Shown one piece after another: positions 1 to 9,614 of a stretch of 64,000 nucleotides of DNA. Each line of letters begins with the position of its first letter. Positions within the stretch are counted from its first letter, which is position 1. Source of the DNA: an uncultured bacterium (GTDB lineage: Bacteria; Babelota; Babeliae; Babelales; Babelaceae); assembly GCA_963848965.1 (NCBI GenBank), contig CAWKFG010000004.1:512001-576000 (forward strand), given 5' to 3'. The notes beneath the pieces were generated by a model. It was given only the letters and a program-made list of their open reading frames with translations. It did not search any database and was not told the DNA's origin. Both the position numbers and the translations under genes were made by a program.

Positions 1-100
1 TAATTACGCGTCCCGATATCGTTTTCGTTTTGTTAAAGCTGAACATAGCAATAAGCCCTATAGTACTTAAAGCGAAAAGAAAAATTATAATATTTTTCAT
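1..100 (-). CDS. 5' end of a gene running off the window (signal peptide-like N-terminus MKNIIIFLFALSTIGLIAMF)
   Basis: ATG at 100 preceded by AGAGGAG RBS; frame open to the window edge; hydrophobic N-terminus. Confidence 0.55.
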   Translation of the reverse strand, partial: MKNIIIFLFALSTIGLIAMFSFNKTKTISGRVI

Positions 101-172
101 AAGCTCCTCTATGTTTTACTTACTTTATGCTTATATTTAACTTTATACCTTTATTTAAAAAAATGTCAAAAA

Positions 173-722
173 TCAATTCCTATTGTTTAAGTTAGCCTTA
201 CAAGATAAAAATTGTTCTAACCGTGCTAATACCTCAGGCATATTTGCTCTACCAAATCCTATTCTAAAATGATTTGATGCAACATTATAGACAGAATCAG
301 GGAGCAAAAGAGTATCTACTTGTTTGGCAATTCGCTGACAAAAAGAATCAACTGATTCTGTACTCTTGTACTTTACAAAACCAGTACAACCTCCTTGTGG
401 ACGAACCCATCAAAAAAGATCTGCATAGTGTTCAAAAAACCTATCAAGTAACGTAAGATTGGTATGCACAATAGCATTATTGCGTTTTAATATGATATCT
501 TTGTTTTGAAGTGCAATTAAACTAAGAATCTCTGAAAGACCGCCATTACAGATGGTTATATAATAGCGATTTTGCACTATTTTTTGTAATATCTCTTCAT
601 TCTGAGATACAATCCATCCAATACGCAAACCAGGAAGACCAAAAGATTTACTCATAACATCTAACGATATTCCTTTAGCATAGAGGCAAGCTGCAGGTAG
701 AGCCCATCCTTTTTGAGGTAGC
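173..722 (-). pseudogene. Truncated duplicate of the C-terminal half of the class I/II aminotransferase at 1498-2658
   Basis: Near-identical peptide (MSKSFGLPGLRIGWI...WVRPQGGCTGFVKY...FGRANMPE); in-frame TGA at 410-412 where the intact copy has TTA; no N-terminal half. Confidence 0.85.
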
Positions 723-833
723 CTACAACACTTCTAAGAAAATAATCCTAATAAAAACTTTTTATATCTCTTGTTTTAAACATTTAAATTTATTTATACT
801 CTAGTATATAATTAATAACAAAAGGGGTCTCAT

Positions 834-1421
834 ATGAAAAATTTTTATTACTTTATTTATTTATCTCTTACTTTTACAGCAAGCCATGCTCTCTATAGCA
901 TGGAACCGACTCGACCTTCACTATCTATTGGGTCTGAGGAATGGCTTAAAGAGCAAGCAGAAATACTTCGTAAGAATGTAATAGAAAGGGGTATTATTAA
1001 TATGTATATAGACCCGGCGAAAGCACACTCTATACAAGCAGCTTCACCAAGCATAGGCATTGAAGATCTTTTTAGCAAACTTCAACCATCTATAGAACTT
1101 ACTAAAGCATTTACTCATATTACACCTTCTAAAGTATGGGTAATTGGTACTCGAGGACCGGATGCCCTATTACTACTCTATAATCAAATGGGTCAACTAG
1201 ATACAAGTTTTTTTAACCCTCAGAAAACAGATCATTATCTTATGCCAGGCGTTATGACTATTAACTCTGTAATGTTAGGTATAGATCCATCAACTATTAA
1301 ATCAATAACTATAACGAATATTGAGGAAGATTCTACGACAAAAACAGTAAACGGAACCCTTCAGATAACTCTTAATCCACCGCATAATCAAACCATAACA
1401 AGGTATTTTACGTTATCTTAA
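834..1421 (+). CDS. Secreted hypothetical protein
   Basis: 195-aa ORF, AGGGG RBS, signal peptide ending LYS-MEP. Confidence 0.75.
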   Translation: MKNFYYFIYLSLTFTASHALYSMEPTRPSLSIGSEEWLKEQAEILRKNVIERGIINMYIDPAKAHSIQAASPSIGIEDLFSKLQPSIELTKAFTHITPSKVWVIGTRGPDALLLLYNQMGQLDTSFFNPQKTDHYLMPGVMTINSVMLGIDPSTIKSITITNIEEDSTTKTVNGTLQITLNPPHNQTITRYFTLS

Positions 1422-1497
1422 TAGATTACCTTTCACAGCCAGATCTAAAAAGTAAAATGTGCGCAAAGTCAAAGAAGTGAAGCATAGGAAAGGCTCA

Positions 1498-2658
1498 TTA
1501 TATACTATGCTTCCTCACTGAGGTTATGCTAGACGAAAAAGATTCATTTAAAATGAATCGTTCTAACTGTGCTAATGCTTCGGGCATATTTGCTCTACCA
1601 AAACCTACTCTAAAATGATTTGATGCAATATTGTATACAGAACCAGGGAGCAAAAGAGTATCTACCTGTTTGGCAACTCGCTGACAGAAAGAATCAACCG
1701 ATTCAGTGCTCTGATATTTTACAAAACCTGTACAACCTCCTTGTGGACGAACCCATAAAAAGAAATCTGCATATTCTTCAAAAAACCTATCAAGTAACGT
1801 AAGATTGGAATTCACAATAGCATTATTGCGCTTTAATATAATCTCTTTATTTCGAAGTGCTATGAGGCTAAGAATTTCTGAAGGTCCACTATTGCAAATG
1901 GTTGTGTAATAGCGATTTTGAACTATTTTTTGTAATATCTCTTCATTTTGGCACGCAATCCATCCAATACGTAAACCAGGCAAGCCAAAGGATTTACTCA
2001 TAACACCTAATGATATTCCTTTTGCGTAAAGAGATGCTACAGAAGCAGCCCAGCCCTCTTGAGGAGCACCAAGCAGGCGATACACTTCATCAGAAAATAA
2101 CCAAATACCATGATCTTCAAGTAATGTTACCAGCTGAGTCAATTCAGCAGGCGTCATTACCTGTCCAGTAGGATTGTGTGGAAAATTAATAATAACGCAT
2201 TTAGTGTTTGGCTTAATAGCCTCTTTAAGAGCATGTATATCAATGCGCCAGTTATTTTCTTCCTTAAGCTCAATCGTCGTAAGCTCGGAACCCACAAACC
2301 TTGGTATTTCCATGAGAGACTGATAGCACGGTGTAAAAACAATAACATGATCTTGTGGTGTACAGAGAGTAAGGAGGCTGCAAAAAATTCCTTCTTCTGC
2401 GCCTGCAAAACATAAAATATTACGTGCATTTAAACCTGGATATAACTGTTGTGCTATGGTTTCACGTAATAAGGGGAGTCCTCTTGTCTCTGTGTAACCT
2501 AACCGTTGAGTATCCCACAATAACTTCTCTTCTGAAGTTGCCATCTCTAATAATTCTTTAAGAGACCAACTTTCTGCGTCTGAACTACTAAGCATATATT
2601 TTGTTGTAAACTCGTATTTTGCATAATAATCTTCTAGTTTAAAAGTCTTAAATTGCAT
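1498..2658 (-). CDS. PLP-dependent aminotransferase class I/II
   Basis: NFPHNPTG, SDEVY and SKSFGLPGLRIGW motifs. Confidence 0.92.
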   Translation of the reverse strand: MQFKTFKLEDYYAKYEFTTKYMLSSSDAESWSLKELLEMATSEEKLLWDTQRLGYTETRGLPLLRETIAQQLYPGLNARNILCFAGAEEGIFCSLLTLCTPQDHVIVFTPCYQSLMEIPRFVGSELTTIELKEENNWRIDIHALKEAIKPNTKCVIINFPHNPTGQVMTPAELTQLVTLLEDHGIWLFSDEVYRLLGAPQEGWAASVASLYAKGISLGVMSKSFGLPGLRIGWIACQNEEILQKIVQNRYYTTICNSGPSEILSLIALRNKEIILKRNNAIVNSNLTLLDRFFEEYADFFLWVRPQGGCTGFVKYQSTESVDSFCQRVAKQVDTLLLPGSVYNIASNHFRVGFGRANMPEALAQLERFILNESFSSSITSVRKHSI

Positions 2659-2687
2659 GATTATCCTTTTTAAAGTCTCGTAAATAA

Positions 2688-3980
2688 GTGAACTATCTCC
2701 ACCTAAGAGGTGGAGGCTGCCTAAGAACTCCTGAGCAACCTCAGGATATTGATTAGGCTATCCCCGTGATCCCCACGGTTCTAATATTTCTAGCAGCATT
2801 GATATCTCTCTCTTGAGAGTACCCACAATGCTGACAATCATACCATCTTTCTGATAGTTCTAGACTTTCTTTTATACTACCGCATGAAGAACACATCTTT
2901 GATGAAGGAAACCATTTGTCTATCTTTATAAGCTGTTTGCCTCTCTCTGCCAATTTATAGCCAAGCATAAAAACAAATTTGCCCCATCCGTTATCATGAA
3001 CAGATTTGCCAAAGTTTAAGGCCTGGCTCATTGCTTGCATATTAAGGTCTTCTAGTATAATGGCATCATATAACTCTACTAATGTATAGCTCAGTTTATG
3101 AAGAAAGTCATTACGTAGACACGTTATGTGCTCATAAAACCGTGCAAGTTTAAGTCGAGCCTTATGCCAGTTTTTACTTCCTTTTACTTTACGAGAAAGA
3201 GATTGGCACAACTTTACGAGTTTCTCTTCTGCTTTACGGTAGTATCTTGGATAATTGGCTTTCTTACCCTCACTACTTACGTATAAAGAAGTCATTGAAT
3301 AATCTAATCCTAGTACTTTATCTAAAGCTATTGGTACTTGCTCTTGGTATGATATACCTTCAACAACAATGCTTATGTAATAATTATCAGATGCTGTTTG
3401 TGTTACCGTACATCTTTTTATCTTTTCATGAGTCTTTATCTGCCTATGCATAACCATCTTAACAAAACCAATTTTAGGCAACCGAATGTAATTACTTTCA
3501 ATACGAATAGCGTCTGATGCCTCTTGGTTATTCGTTGTATAACTCTTCTTAGCATACTTTTTATTCTTGAAATGAGGAAACTGCGCTAACCCATTAGAAT
3601 AACGTTTAACAGCTTGTTTAAGAAAAAGCTGAACATTAGCAAGAGCAAGGCTATCTACTTCTTTAAGAAAAGAGAATATATTTTTAAATTGAGCAGGAGT
3701 AAGAATAAAGCCATGCTGGATAAGGCAAGCAAGGAGCTTATTCCAGATAAAGCGAGTACAACCAAAAGTCTTGGCAAAGAGTATGCGCTGCCCTTTAGTA
3801 GGCAAAAGCCTAAATTTGTATGCTTTATTATACTTTTTCATTATTTACCATTCTTGCAAATAATTAAGCATATACTAGTAGTTTATAGCAGTAATATGAA
3901 AGAAGCAATAGGGGTTCTAGTGCACATTTTTGCGATTCATCCCCTACTTACAGAAGATAGGGGACTGCTCGCTTCCCCTT
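2688..3980 (-). mobile_element. IS200/IS605-family element (IS1341-like, tnpB only)
   Basis: tnpB flanked by subterminal hairpins: left TCCCCTATCTTCTGTAAGTAGGGGA preceded further upstream by TTAAC; right CTCCACCTCTTAGGTGGGAG ending in GTTCAC at 2688; no tnpA seen. Confidence 0.8.
2753..3841 (-). CDS. tnpB: RNA-guided endonuclease TnpB
   Basis: N-terminal AYKFRLLPT...FGCTRFIWN; RuvC residues in LGLDY, ILEDLN and ERDINAARNI; zinc finger CSSC/CQHC. Confidence 0.95.
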   Translation of the reverse strand: MKKYNKAYKFRLLPTKGQRILFAKTFGCTRFIWNKLLACLIQHGFILTPAQFKNIFSFLKEVDSLALANVQLFLKQAVKRYSNGLAQFPHFKNKKYAKKSYTTNNQEASDAIRIESNYIRLPKIGFVKMVMHRQIKTHEKIKRCTVTQTASDNYYISIVVEGISYQEQVPIALDKVLGLDYSMTSLYVSSEGKKANYPRYYRKAEEKLVKLCQSLSRKVKGSKNWHKARLKLARFYEHITCLRNDFLHKLSYTLVELYDAIILEDLNMQAMSQALNFGKSVHDNGWGKFVFMLGYKLAERGKQLIKIDKWFPSSKMCSSCGSIKESLELSERWYDCQHCGYSQERDINAARNIRTVGITGIA

Positions 3981-4023
3981 GTTAAAAAACCTTAAAGTTT
4001 CCTTGTAAGAATGTAACAAAATA

Positions 4024-4045
4024 TGTATACTTATTTGTATACAAA
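4024..4045. promoter_or_regulatory. Probable TA autoregulatory operator (tandem TGTATAC boxes)
   Basis: TGTATAC at 4024-4030 and perfect palindrome TTTGTATACAAA at 4034-4045, just upstream of the antitoxin gene. Confidence 0.55.
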
Positions 4046-4066
4046 ATCCAACTAAAAGAGGCTTTT

Positions 4067-4315
4067 ATGTCAAAAATGGTAAGATTATCCCATAATGCAG
4101 CTGAAGATCTTGAAAACATATCAAATCTAACAGGTAAATCCAAACAATCAATTATTGAAAAAGCTCTCAGTAAATTATATAGAGAAGAATTTTTAAAAAA
4201 AACAAATGAAGAATTCGAAATCTTAATAGCTGACCCTCAACTATGGGGAGAAGAATTAAAAGAGCGTGAATTATGGGATGCCACATTAAATGATGGGTTA
4301 GACCCTTATGAATAA
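4067..4315 (+). CDS. Type II antitoxin, ribbon-helix-helix
   Basis: 82 aa; beta-strand/helix-helix N-terminus, acidic C-terminus (EERELWDATLNDGL-like); overlaps the toxin start. Confidence 0.8.
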   Translation: MSKMVRLSHNAAEDLENISNLTGKSKQSIIEKALSKLYREEFLKKTNEEFEILIADPQLWGEELKERELWDATLNDGLDPYE

Positions 4316-4658
4316 TAAAATAATAGTACGAGGAGATGTGTGGCTTGTAGATTTAGATCCTACAGTAGGCCATGAGCAGGCAAAAAAAAGACCGTGTATT
4401 GTTATTTCTGCAGATTTATTTAATAAAGGCAAGCACGGATTAGCTGCAATAATGCCCTTAACATCAAAATATAAGCCTTTATCTTGGTTGGTAAAAATTG
4501 AACCACCCGAGGGTGGTTTAAAAGTAGTCTCTTACGCTATAGGCTACCAAATAAGGGTAGTCTCAATTGATAGGTTCCTTGGTAAAAGCCTTGGGCGTTT
4601 ACAACCTAGAACTATACAAGAAATCGAGCAAAAGCTCCGTATCTTATTAGCTCTTTAA
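4308..4658 (+). CDS. mazF: PemK/MazF family toxin (mRNA interferase)
   Basis: RGDVWLVDLDPTVGHEQAKKRPCIVIS signature. Confidence 0.92.
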   Translation: MNNKIIVRGDVWLVDLDPTVGHEQAKKRPCIVISADLFNKGKHGLAAIMPLTSKYKPLSWLVKIEPPEGGLKVVSYAIGYQIRVVSIDRFLGKSLGRLQPRTIQEIEQKLRILLAL

Positions 4659-4659
4659 A

Positions 4660-4795
4660 AAAGAAAAAGCTCAAATTGCAGAGCGTCTGTCAAAAATAAA
4701 AACTGACGATTATTTCGGTGACCATAAAGATGTTGCTGAGTATATTTGAGAGTTAAGATGGAAAAATGGTCGAAGGCTTTATTATGCATACAAGA
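4660..4795 (+). pseudogene. Internal fragment of a RelE/ParE-type (addiction module killer) toxin
   Basis: Frame reads KEKAQIAERLSKIKTDDYFGDHKDVAEYI*ELRWKNGRRLYYAY; FGDxK and WELR-like motifs; TGA at 4747; no start. Confidence 0.6.
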
Positions 4796-5301
4796 AAGAT
4801 AAGAAATGTAGTTTACCGGATTATGCTACCCATGTTATTGGGGTTGCAGGCTTAGTAATTGATAAAAACAGTAATGTTTTAGTTGTGAAAGAAAAGTATA
4901 AACCTGAATTAGGGTACAAACTACCTGGAGGTGGCGTTGAAAGAGGAGAAGATCTCTGGGCTGCTGCACTAAGAGAAGTAGAAGAAACAGGAATTAAGAC
5001 AAAATTTTTGGGCGTAATAGCTTGGCGCCAAAGCCACCCTTTCGCTAATGATCATGTAACTGACCTTTATTTTGCCTGTTTACTAGAGCCTACTACCGAT
5101 AAAATTATCATACAAGAAAGCGAAATAATAGAGGCTTTATAGATGCCTTATAATCAATTCAAAGCGTTAGCTAAAAATTCCTGCGCTCAATTTTTAGCTG
5201 CTTACGAGGCTACTCAGCACCCTCAAATACTCTTTAAAGTTACACTAGATGGTTCACGATCCCAGATAGAGCTTTATGCTCACCCTGAAACTAAGATATA
5301 A
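4796..5301 (+). pseudogene. Nudix hydrolase remnant (NUDT6-like)
   Basis: LPDYATHVIGVAGLVI, KLPGGGVERGEDLWAAALREVEETGI (Nudix box one residue short); in-frame TAG at 5140-5142 where Trp is expected; N-terminus missing. Confidence 0.75.
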
Positions 5302-5304
5302 GTA

Positions 5305-6198
5305 TTACGCACCAAGCTGACATATATTTGCTTGCGTTACATTTTGCGGCAACTTTGACAATGATTCTTTTACTTCGTCTTCACTTAACCACTTTTCGTG
5401 CTTGACTAAGTAATCCAACTGAAATTTTGCTATATCATAATCTAATGTATTTGCTATAGTGTCAGCCCGTGTGTAATGGAAACCCTGAAACGAGATCTTA
5501 CGCGTTATGGCTTCATCTCTTACTGATAGCACGTTTTCCAGCCTATCATCAAAAAAGATTATAGTGCCCGGTTTATAGTTTAGCTCATCAAGGAGAGCTC
5601 CTAAGACTATCCCTTTATCTTCTTCATTTGAAAGTAATATACCGTTATAAAAAGTAGGATAAGCATTAAAACGCCAAGGAAACTGCTTGAAAGTCAAATT
5701 TTGACTAAAGCTTGAATGAAAATTTAAGCCTAATCTTTCAAGTTGAGCGAAACGATATTCTGCCAAACTCTCAATCTTGCCATAAGGCCCTGCCTGCATT
5801 TTCGTTAATGCGATAACTTTAACGTTTTTATCCTGCAACATTTTTATTGCAGTAACAATATGCGGCTCTATAATCTCTCGCTTTGCTTGCAATAAGACAT
5901 TGCTCCAAATATGTTCAACTCTGTCACCAACAGCTTTTTCAAATTCTTGCTTAAGATCTCTCCCTTTACCCTCTAAAAAGAATTTGGGTAAATGTATCCT
6001 ATCAGTAGGTATAATTAATGTCTCATCTACATCAAAAATAACAAGGGTTTGGCTATCTACTTTCTCTAAGATATGTTTTACTTCCTCTATTGAATTTATC
6101 TGGCTAATAGTATGATCATGAGCTACTAACATACAAAAGAACATCAATACGGTAAGCAAAACCAGAGTCTTTAGTTTATACAGAGAGAGCGTCTCCAT
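5305..6198 (-). CDS. DUF2608-like HAD-superfamily protein, secreted
   Basis: LVIFDVDETL motif I, IALT motif II, K-G, IFFDD motif IV; signal peptide. Confidence 0.8.
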   Translation of the reverse strand: METLSLYKLKTLVLLTVLMFFCMLVAHDHTISQINSIEEVKHILEKVDSQTLVIFDVDETLIIPTDRIHLPKFFLEGKGRDLKQEFEKAVGDRVEHIWSNVLLQAKREIIEPHIVTAIKMLQDKNVKVIALTKMQAGPYGKIESLAEYRFAQLERLGLNFHSSFSQNLTFKQFPWRFNAYPTFYNGILLSNEEDKGIVLGALLDELNYKPGTIIFFDDRLENVLSVRDEAITRKISFQGFHYTRADTIANTLDYDIAKFQLDYLVKHEKWLSEDEVKESLSKLPQNVTQANICQLGA

Positions 6199-6809
6199 TT
6201 AGATCCTTTCAATAGAATTTGCATATAGTTTATTAAGTGGCTCTGAAGTTAAACTTTCAGCCTTGAAGCTTTATTGCCTTTACCAAAAAATCCTTCTTTC
6301 GGATTAGCTTTAGCATCACTGAAAACTTTAAACCGATAATCAAGCTTCGGCCTTGCTCAAATACACTATTGTTAGGTTGTATTGTAAGGCGATTCAACAC
6401 TTCCTGGTCAAAATCGTACTTACATTACTTAAAAAAAGCAAGGCTCATCTATTATGCGTTTTATGATGCTAGCTTTGAGATAATCTATATCTTGCAAACG
6501 GTAACGCTTAGAAATAATACCATTTCTTAAAGCATAGGCATTTTTTAATGAGTGTGAAAAAGTCGCGCAAGCCGCGCGATAATCATATGGCCTATCTATT
6601 TTTACTATTACTCTGGGCCAAATTTACAATATCCCTCAAGTGACTAATTCACCTAAAAAATCAGCATATCCTAATGAGATAGCAAAGATCTGCGTTAATT
6701 TCTGCAACCAGCGGTTGCAGTTTTATTTGTTTAGTAAAGCACTAGTGATTTACAGCCAAAAGCTATGAAAGTATTTTTGCAAATAAATTGATTCCTCTTT
6801 CTGCGCTCT

Positions 6810-6942
6810 TTAGGGCTTCCCTCCTACGCCTATTGGGCTACGGCGGTTAACCTTCGCTTGGGTTATCCATATTATTCACTACTTTAAACCAATCACTTAA
6901 AGAAACTGGCCTGCCAACTGAAGCTTTAGCGAAGGTTGGCGT
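6810..6942 (-). repeat. Two-hairpin structured element copy 1 (no GIY-YIG gene attached)
   Basis: Homologous to 9488-9614 and 11839-11971 (GCCTGCCAACTGAAGC..GCGAAGGTTGGCGT; CCTACGC..GCTACGG). Confidence 0.8.
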
Positions 6943-6964
6943 TACTTAGTTAATATGTTTAGAA

Positions 6965-7150
6965 ACAACCAATTTAATGGATGCCGCTTTCTTTAACCGG
7001 CCAGGTGTAGTAAAACCGTTACTTGAACATGATGCTGATATTACTATTAAAAATGACGAAGGTAAAACAGCGTTAGATATAGCTCTAGAAAAGGGTAATA
7101 AAGAAATTGTTAAGCTTTTAGAGGATGTAATGGCTAAACAACAAAAGTAA
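6965..7150 (+). pseudogene. C-terminal fragment of an ankyrin-repeat protein
   Basis: LMDAAFFNRPGVVKPLLEHDADITIKNDEGKTALDIALEKGNKEIVKLLEDVMAKQQK*; no N-terminus. Confidence 0.7.
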
Positions 7151-7445
7151 GATAGAGGCTAGAGCTATAGCCCTTTTTTTATGCATGGTAAGTACCAGGA
7201 TCCTGTGGTTAGGAAGATTACTTGATTAGCCGAGGGGCCACAGGTATCTTAATGTAAAATCCAGAGTCCGATTTCGAATTTTACGAGAGGATATAGCAAG
7301 CGTTCCCCCTAGAGCTCCTATGTCCCTTGTGCTTTGTCTTGAATATTAAATTGGTAAAATGGTATAATAAGAGCTGAAGGTAAGAATTTTTCTTACCTTC
7401 AGCTTCCAAATTGGTAAAAGTTAAAAATTAAGTGTAGAAGTAATA

Positions 7446-7658
7446 GGATCTACAGCTTTAATGGTTGTATCAAGAAGCAATTATCCTCAAAGAGTACTAC
7501 AAATAGCAAAACTGTTACTTGATCATGGTGCTGACTCTAACATCAAAAACCGAGAAGGCTTAACAGTGTTAGATAGTGTCCAACAAAAAGGTAATCAAGA
7601 AATTATTAAACTTTTAAAAGAGGCGATAGCTAAATGGCAAAAAAGTAAAACAGGCTAG
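7446..7658 (+). pseudogene. Second ankyrin-repeat C-terminal fragment
   Basis: GSTALMVV...LLLDHGADSNIKNREGLTVLD...EIIKLLKEAIAKWQKSK. Confidence 0.65.
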
Positions 7659-7836
7659 GATTATAAACCTTATTACCTTGATTATATTCTGATTATTATG
7701 CCCGGCAAGTGATGCTGATAAAAAGGTGGTGATTACCGTAATTTATGATATTAATTATCAGAATTTGCACATCATTAAAGGATAGGAAGTTTTTGCTTCT
7801 CCTTGGGATCTTAGTAGGAAGAATCCTTGAGGATAT

Positions 7837-8745
7837 TTAGCTCTTGCTTTGTTGCTGTTTAACCATTGCATCTTGCAGTATTTCGATCATTTCCTCATTA
7901 TGATTGTCTTGAGCTTTGCGTAATGCAGTTGTGCCAAACTTGTTTTTGATATTAGGATTAGCTCCATGCTCAAGAAGTAACTTTACTATATCAGTATGAT
8001 TATATAGTGCTGCATTTATTAAGGCAGTCCATCCTTCACTACTTTGAGCATTGACGTCAGCTCCATGCTCAAGCAAAAGTCTTACAATTTCTAAATTTCC
8101 CTGTAGTGCGGCCTCCATTAAAGCAGTCGTGCCATACATATTTTGAGCATTAACATTAGCTCCATGTTCAAGTAAATATTGAGCTGCCTCTAAGGAAGAT
8201 CCTAAAGTTGCTTTTATAAGAGGAGTGTTTAAGTAAACCCCTCTAATATTAGGGTTAACATGTTGAGCTATAAGTTGTTTTATTGCATTCATATTTCCTT
8301 CACGTACAGCCTCCAAAAGTTGTAACTGTTGAGGCCACACTTCCTTAAGCCAACGTTCTGCACCTTCAACGCTCTCCTTTTTAAGAGCTTCAGCAATCTC
8401 ATTTGGAGCTACCTTGAACTTTATGGCTAAAGCGTAAATAATCGGTTCAAGAGATTTTAAATCTTTAAAGTAACGGGCATGAATTTTTGGATCAGCAAGC
8501 ACCTTTAGCTTTTTAATTGCTTCTTTAAGGTCCTTAGATGATTCTATTGCTTGACGTATTCCAATAAAATGCTGTAGTTCATTGATAAGTTCTCTTGGTA
8601 AAGTACTTAGATAAGAGCTTTGCTCTTTCCTTAACTGTTCAAGTACATACTCTTGTTCTTCCTGCATTGGTTCAATGATTTGCTTCATTCCAAAGCTAAG
8701 GCTAGGTAGAACTAAAAGTATTAATATCAGATATTTCCAAATCAT
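7837..8745 (-). CDS. Secreted ankyrin-repeat protein with F-box-like motif
   Basis: Signal peptide; YLSTLPRELINEL; several GxTAL..A...G...IV.LLLEHGA repeats. Confidence 0.88.
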   Translation of the reverse strand: MIWKYLILILLVLPSLSFGMKQIIEPMQEEQEYVLEQLRKEQSSYLSTLPRELINELQHFIGIRQAIESSKDLKEAIKKLKVLADPKIHARYFKDLKSLEPIIYALAIKFKVAPNEIAEALKKESVEGAERWLKEVWPQQLQLLEAVREGNMNAIKQLIAQHVNPNIRGVYLNTPLIKATLGSSLEAAQYLLEHGANVNAQNMYGTTALMEAALQGNLEIVRLLLEHGADVNAQSSEGWTALINAALYNHTDIVKLLLEHGANPNIKNKFGTTALRKAQDNHNEEMIEILQDAMVKQQQSKS

Positions 8746-8937
8746 ACTATCTTCCTATACAATAAATTTTACTTATTAATTACCCTTAGTATAATCAATA
8801 AAGGTAAAATAAATCAATAAGTAATAAATTAGAATCAGGATAATGGCATTAAAAATTTTGCCTTTAAGCATTTTTGTTGGCTTAGCCAAAAAATAGATAA
8901 AAGAAATTTGGCGAAGCTTTTAAAAAAAGCATGCTAC

Positions 8938-9177
8938 TTAAAAAGCAATTCGCTTTAATAATTCTTCTGCTATTTTTATATCTTGAACATTCCTTTGATA
9001 ACCTACATGTCGCTTATCTCTTTCCATTTCTTGTCGCATATAAGAGATCTTAAATAGCATAATCTCAAAAAGATAGGCAGAATCCCAATCTTCATCTTTC
9101 CATAACACTGGAAACCAGGCAATAAATCTTTTTATTCTTCTATATCCATTGCGAAAGTAGTATGATGGAAATCCCAT
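8938..9177 (-). CDS. Small hypothetical, possibly phage-derived and truncated
   Basis: 79 aa, GGAG RBS; WFPVLWKDEDWD motif reminiscent of phage hypotheticals (inference). Confidence 0.55.
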   Translation of the reverse strand: MGFPSYYFRNGYRRIKRFIAWFPVLWKDEDWDSAYLFEIMLFKISYMRQEMERDKRHVGYQRNVQDIKIAEELLKRIAF

Positions 9178-9230
9178 GAATTTTAATCTCCATTTTTATA
9201 GCGTTTAATAAGACAAAAGAAACGTTTAAG

Positions 9231-9473
9231 TTACCATAAACGTTTCTTTGCAAATGCTCTACCTGAATGTGACTTTAAGTATTTTTCAAATTCTAAAGCC
9301 TTTTGTTGATCCCTAAACGCAATGTAGAATATTAACTCCCACGGTCTATCATCACTTGTATAAACGGATCCACCGGAATTATGAGTTTCTAATCTTTGTT
9401 TCAAATTAATGGTATAACCAATGTAAATTTTATCACTAGACTTTTTTGATTGGATTAAATAGACGTAGTACAT
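9231..9473 (-). CDS. Minimal GIY-YIG nuclease
   Basis: YYVYLI...IYIGYT...RLETHNSG...EKYLKS. Confidence 0.92.
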   Translation of the reverse strand: MYYVYLIQSKKSSDKIYIGYTINLKQRLETHNSGGSVYTSDDRPWELIFYIAFRDQQKALEFEKYLKSHSGRAFAKKRLW

Positions 9474-9487
9474 TATAGTATATTTGA

Positions 9488-9614
9488 TTAGGGCCGGTCC
9501 GTCTACGCTTATAGCTTCGCCGGACAGTCTTCGCTTTCGCTCTCAATATCAAATTATTATAATTTCCTTTTACTGGCCTGCCAGGCGTAGCTCCGAAGGA
9601 GCGAAGACTGGCGT
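9488..9614 (-). repeat. Two-hairpin structured element copy 2, directly upstream of a GIY-YIG gene
   Basis: GTCCG..CGGAC and GCCAG..CTGGC hairpins; compensatory changes relative to copies 1 and 3. Confidence 0.8.

Noticed and set aside
3614..3985. 123-aa plus-strand ORF as a possible tnpA
   Set aside because: No HUH/Y1 motif; antisense to tnpB and the left-end hairpin
6230..6760. Degenerate minus-strand reading frame (IWPRVIVKIDRPYDYRAAC...)
   Set aside because: Multiple stops and no recognisable motif; cannot assign
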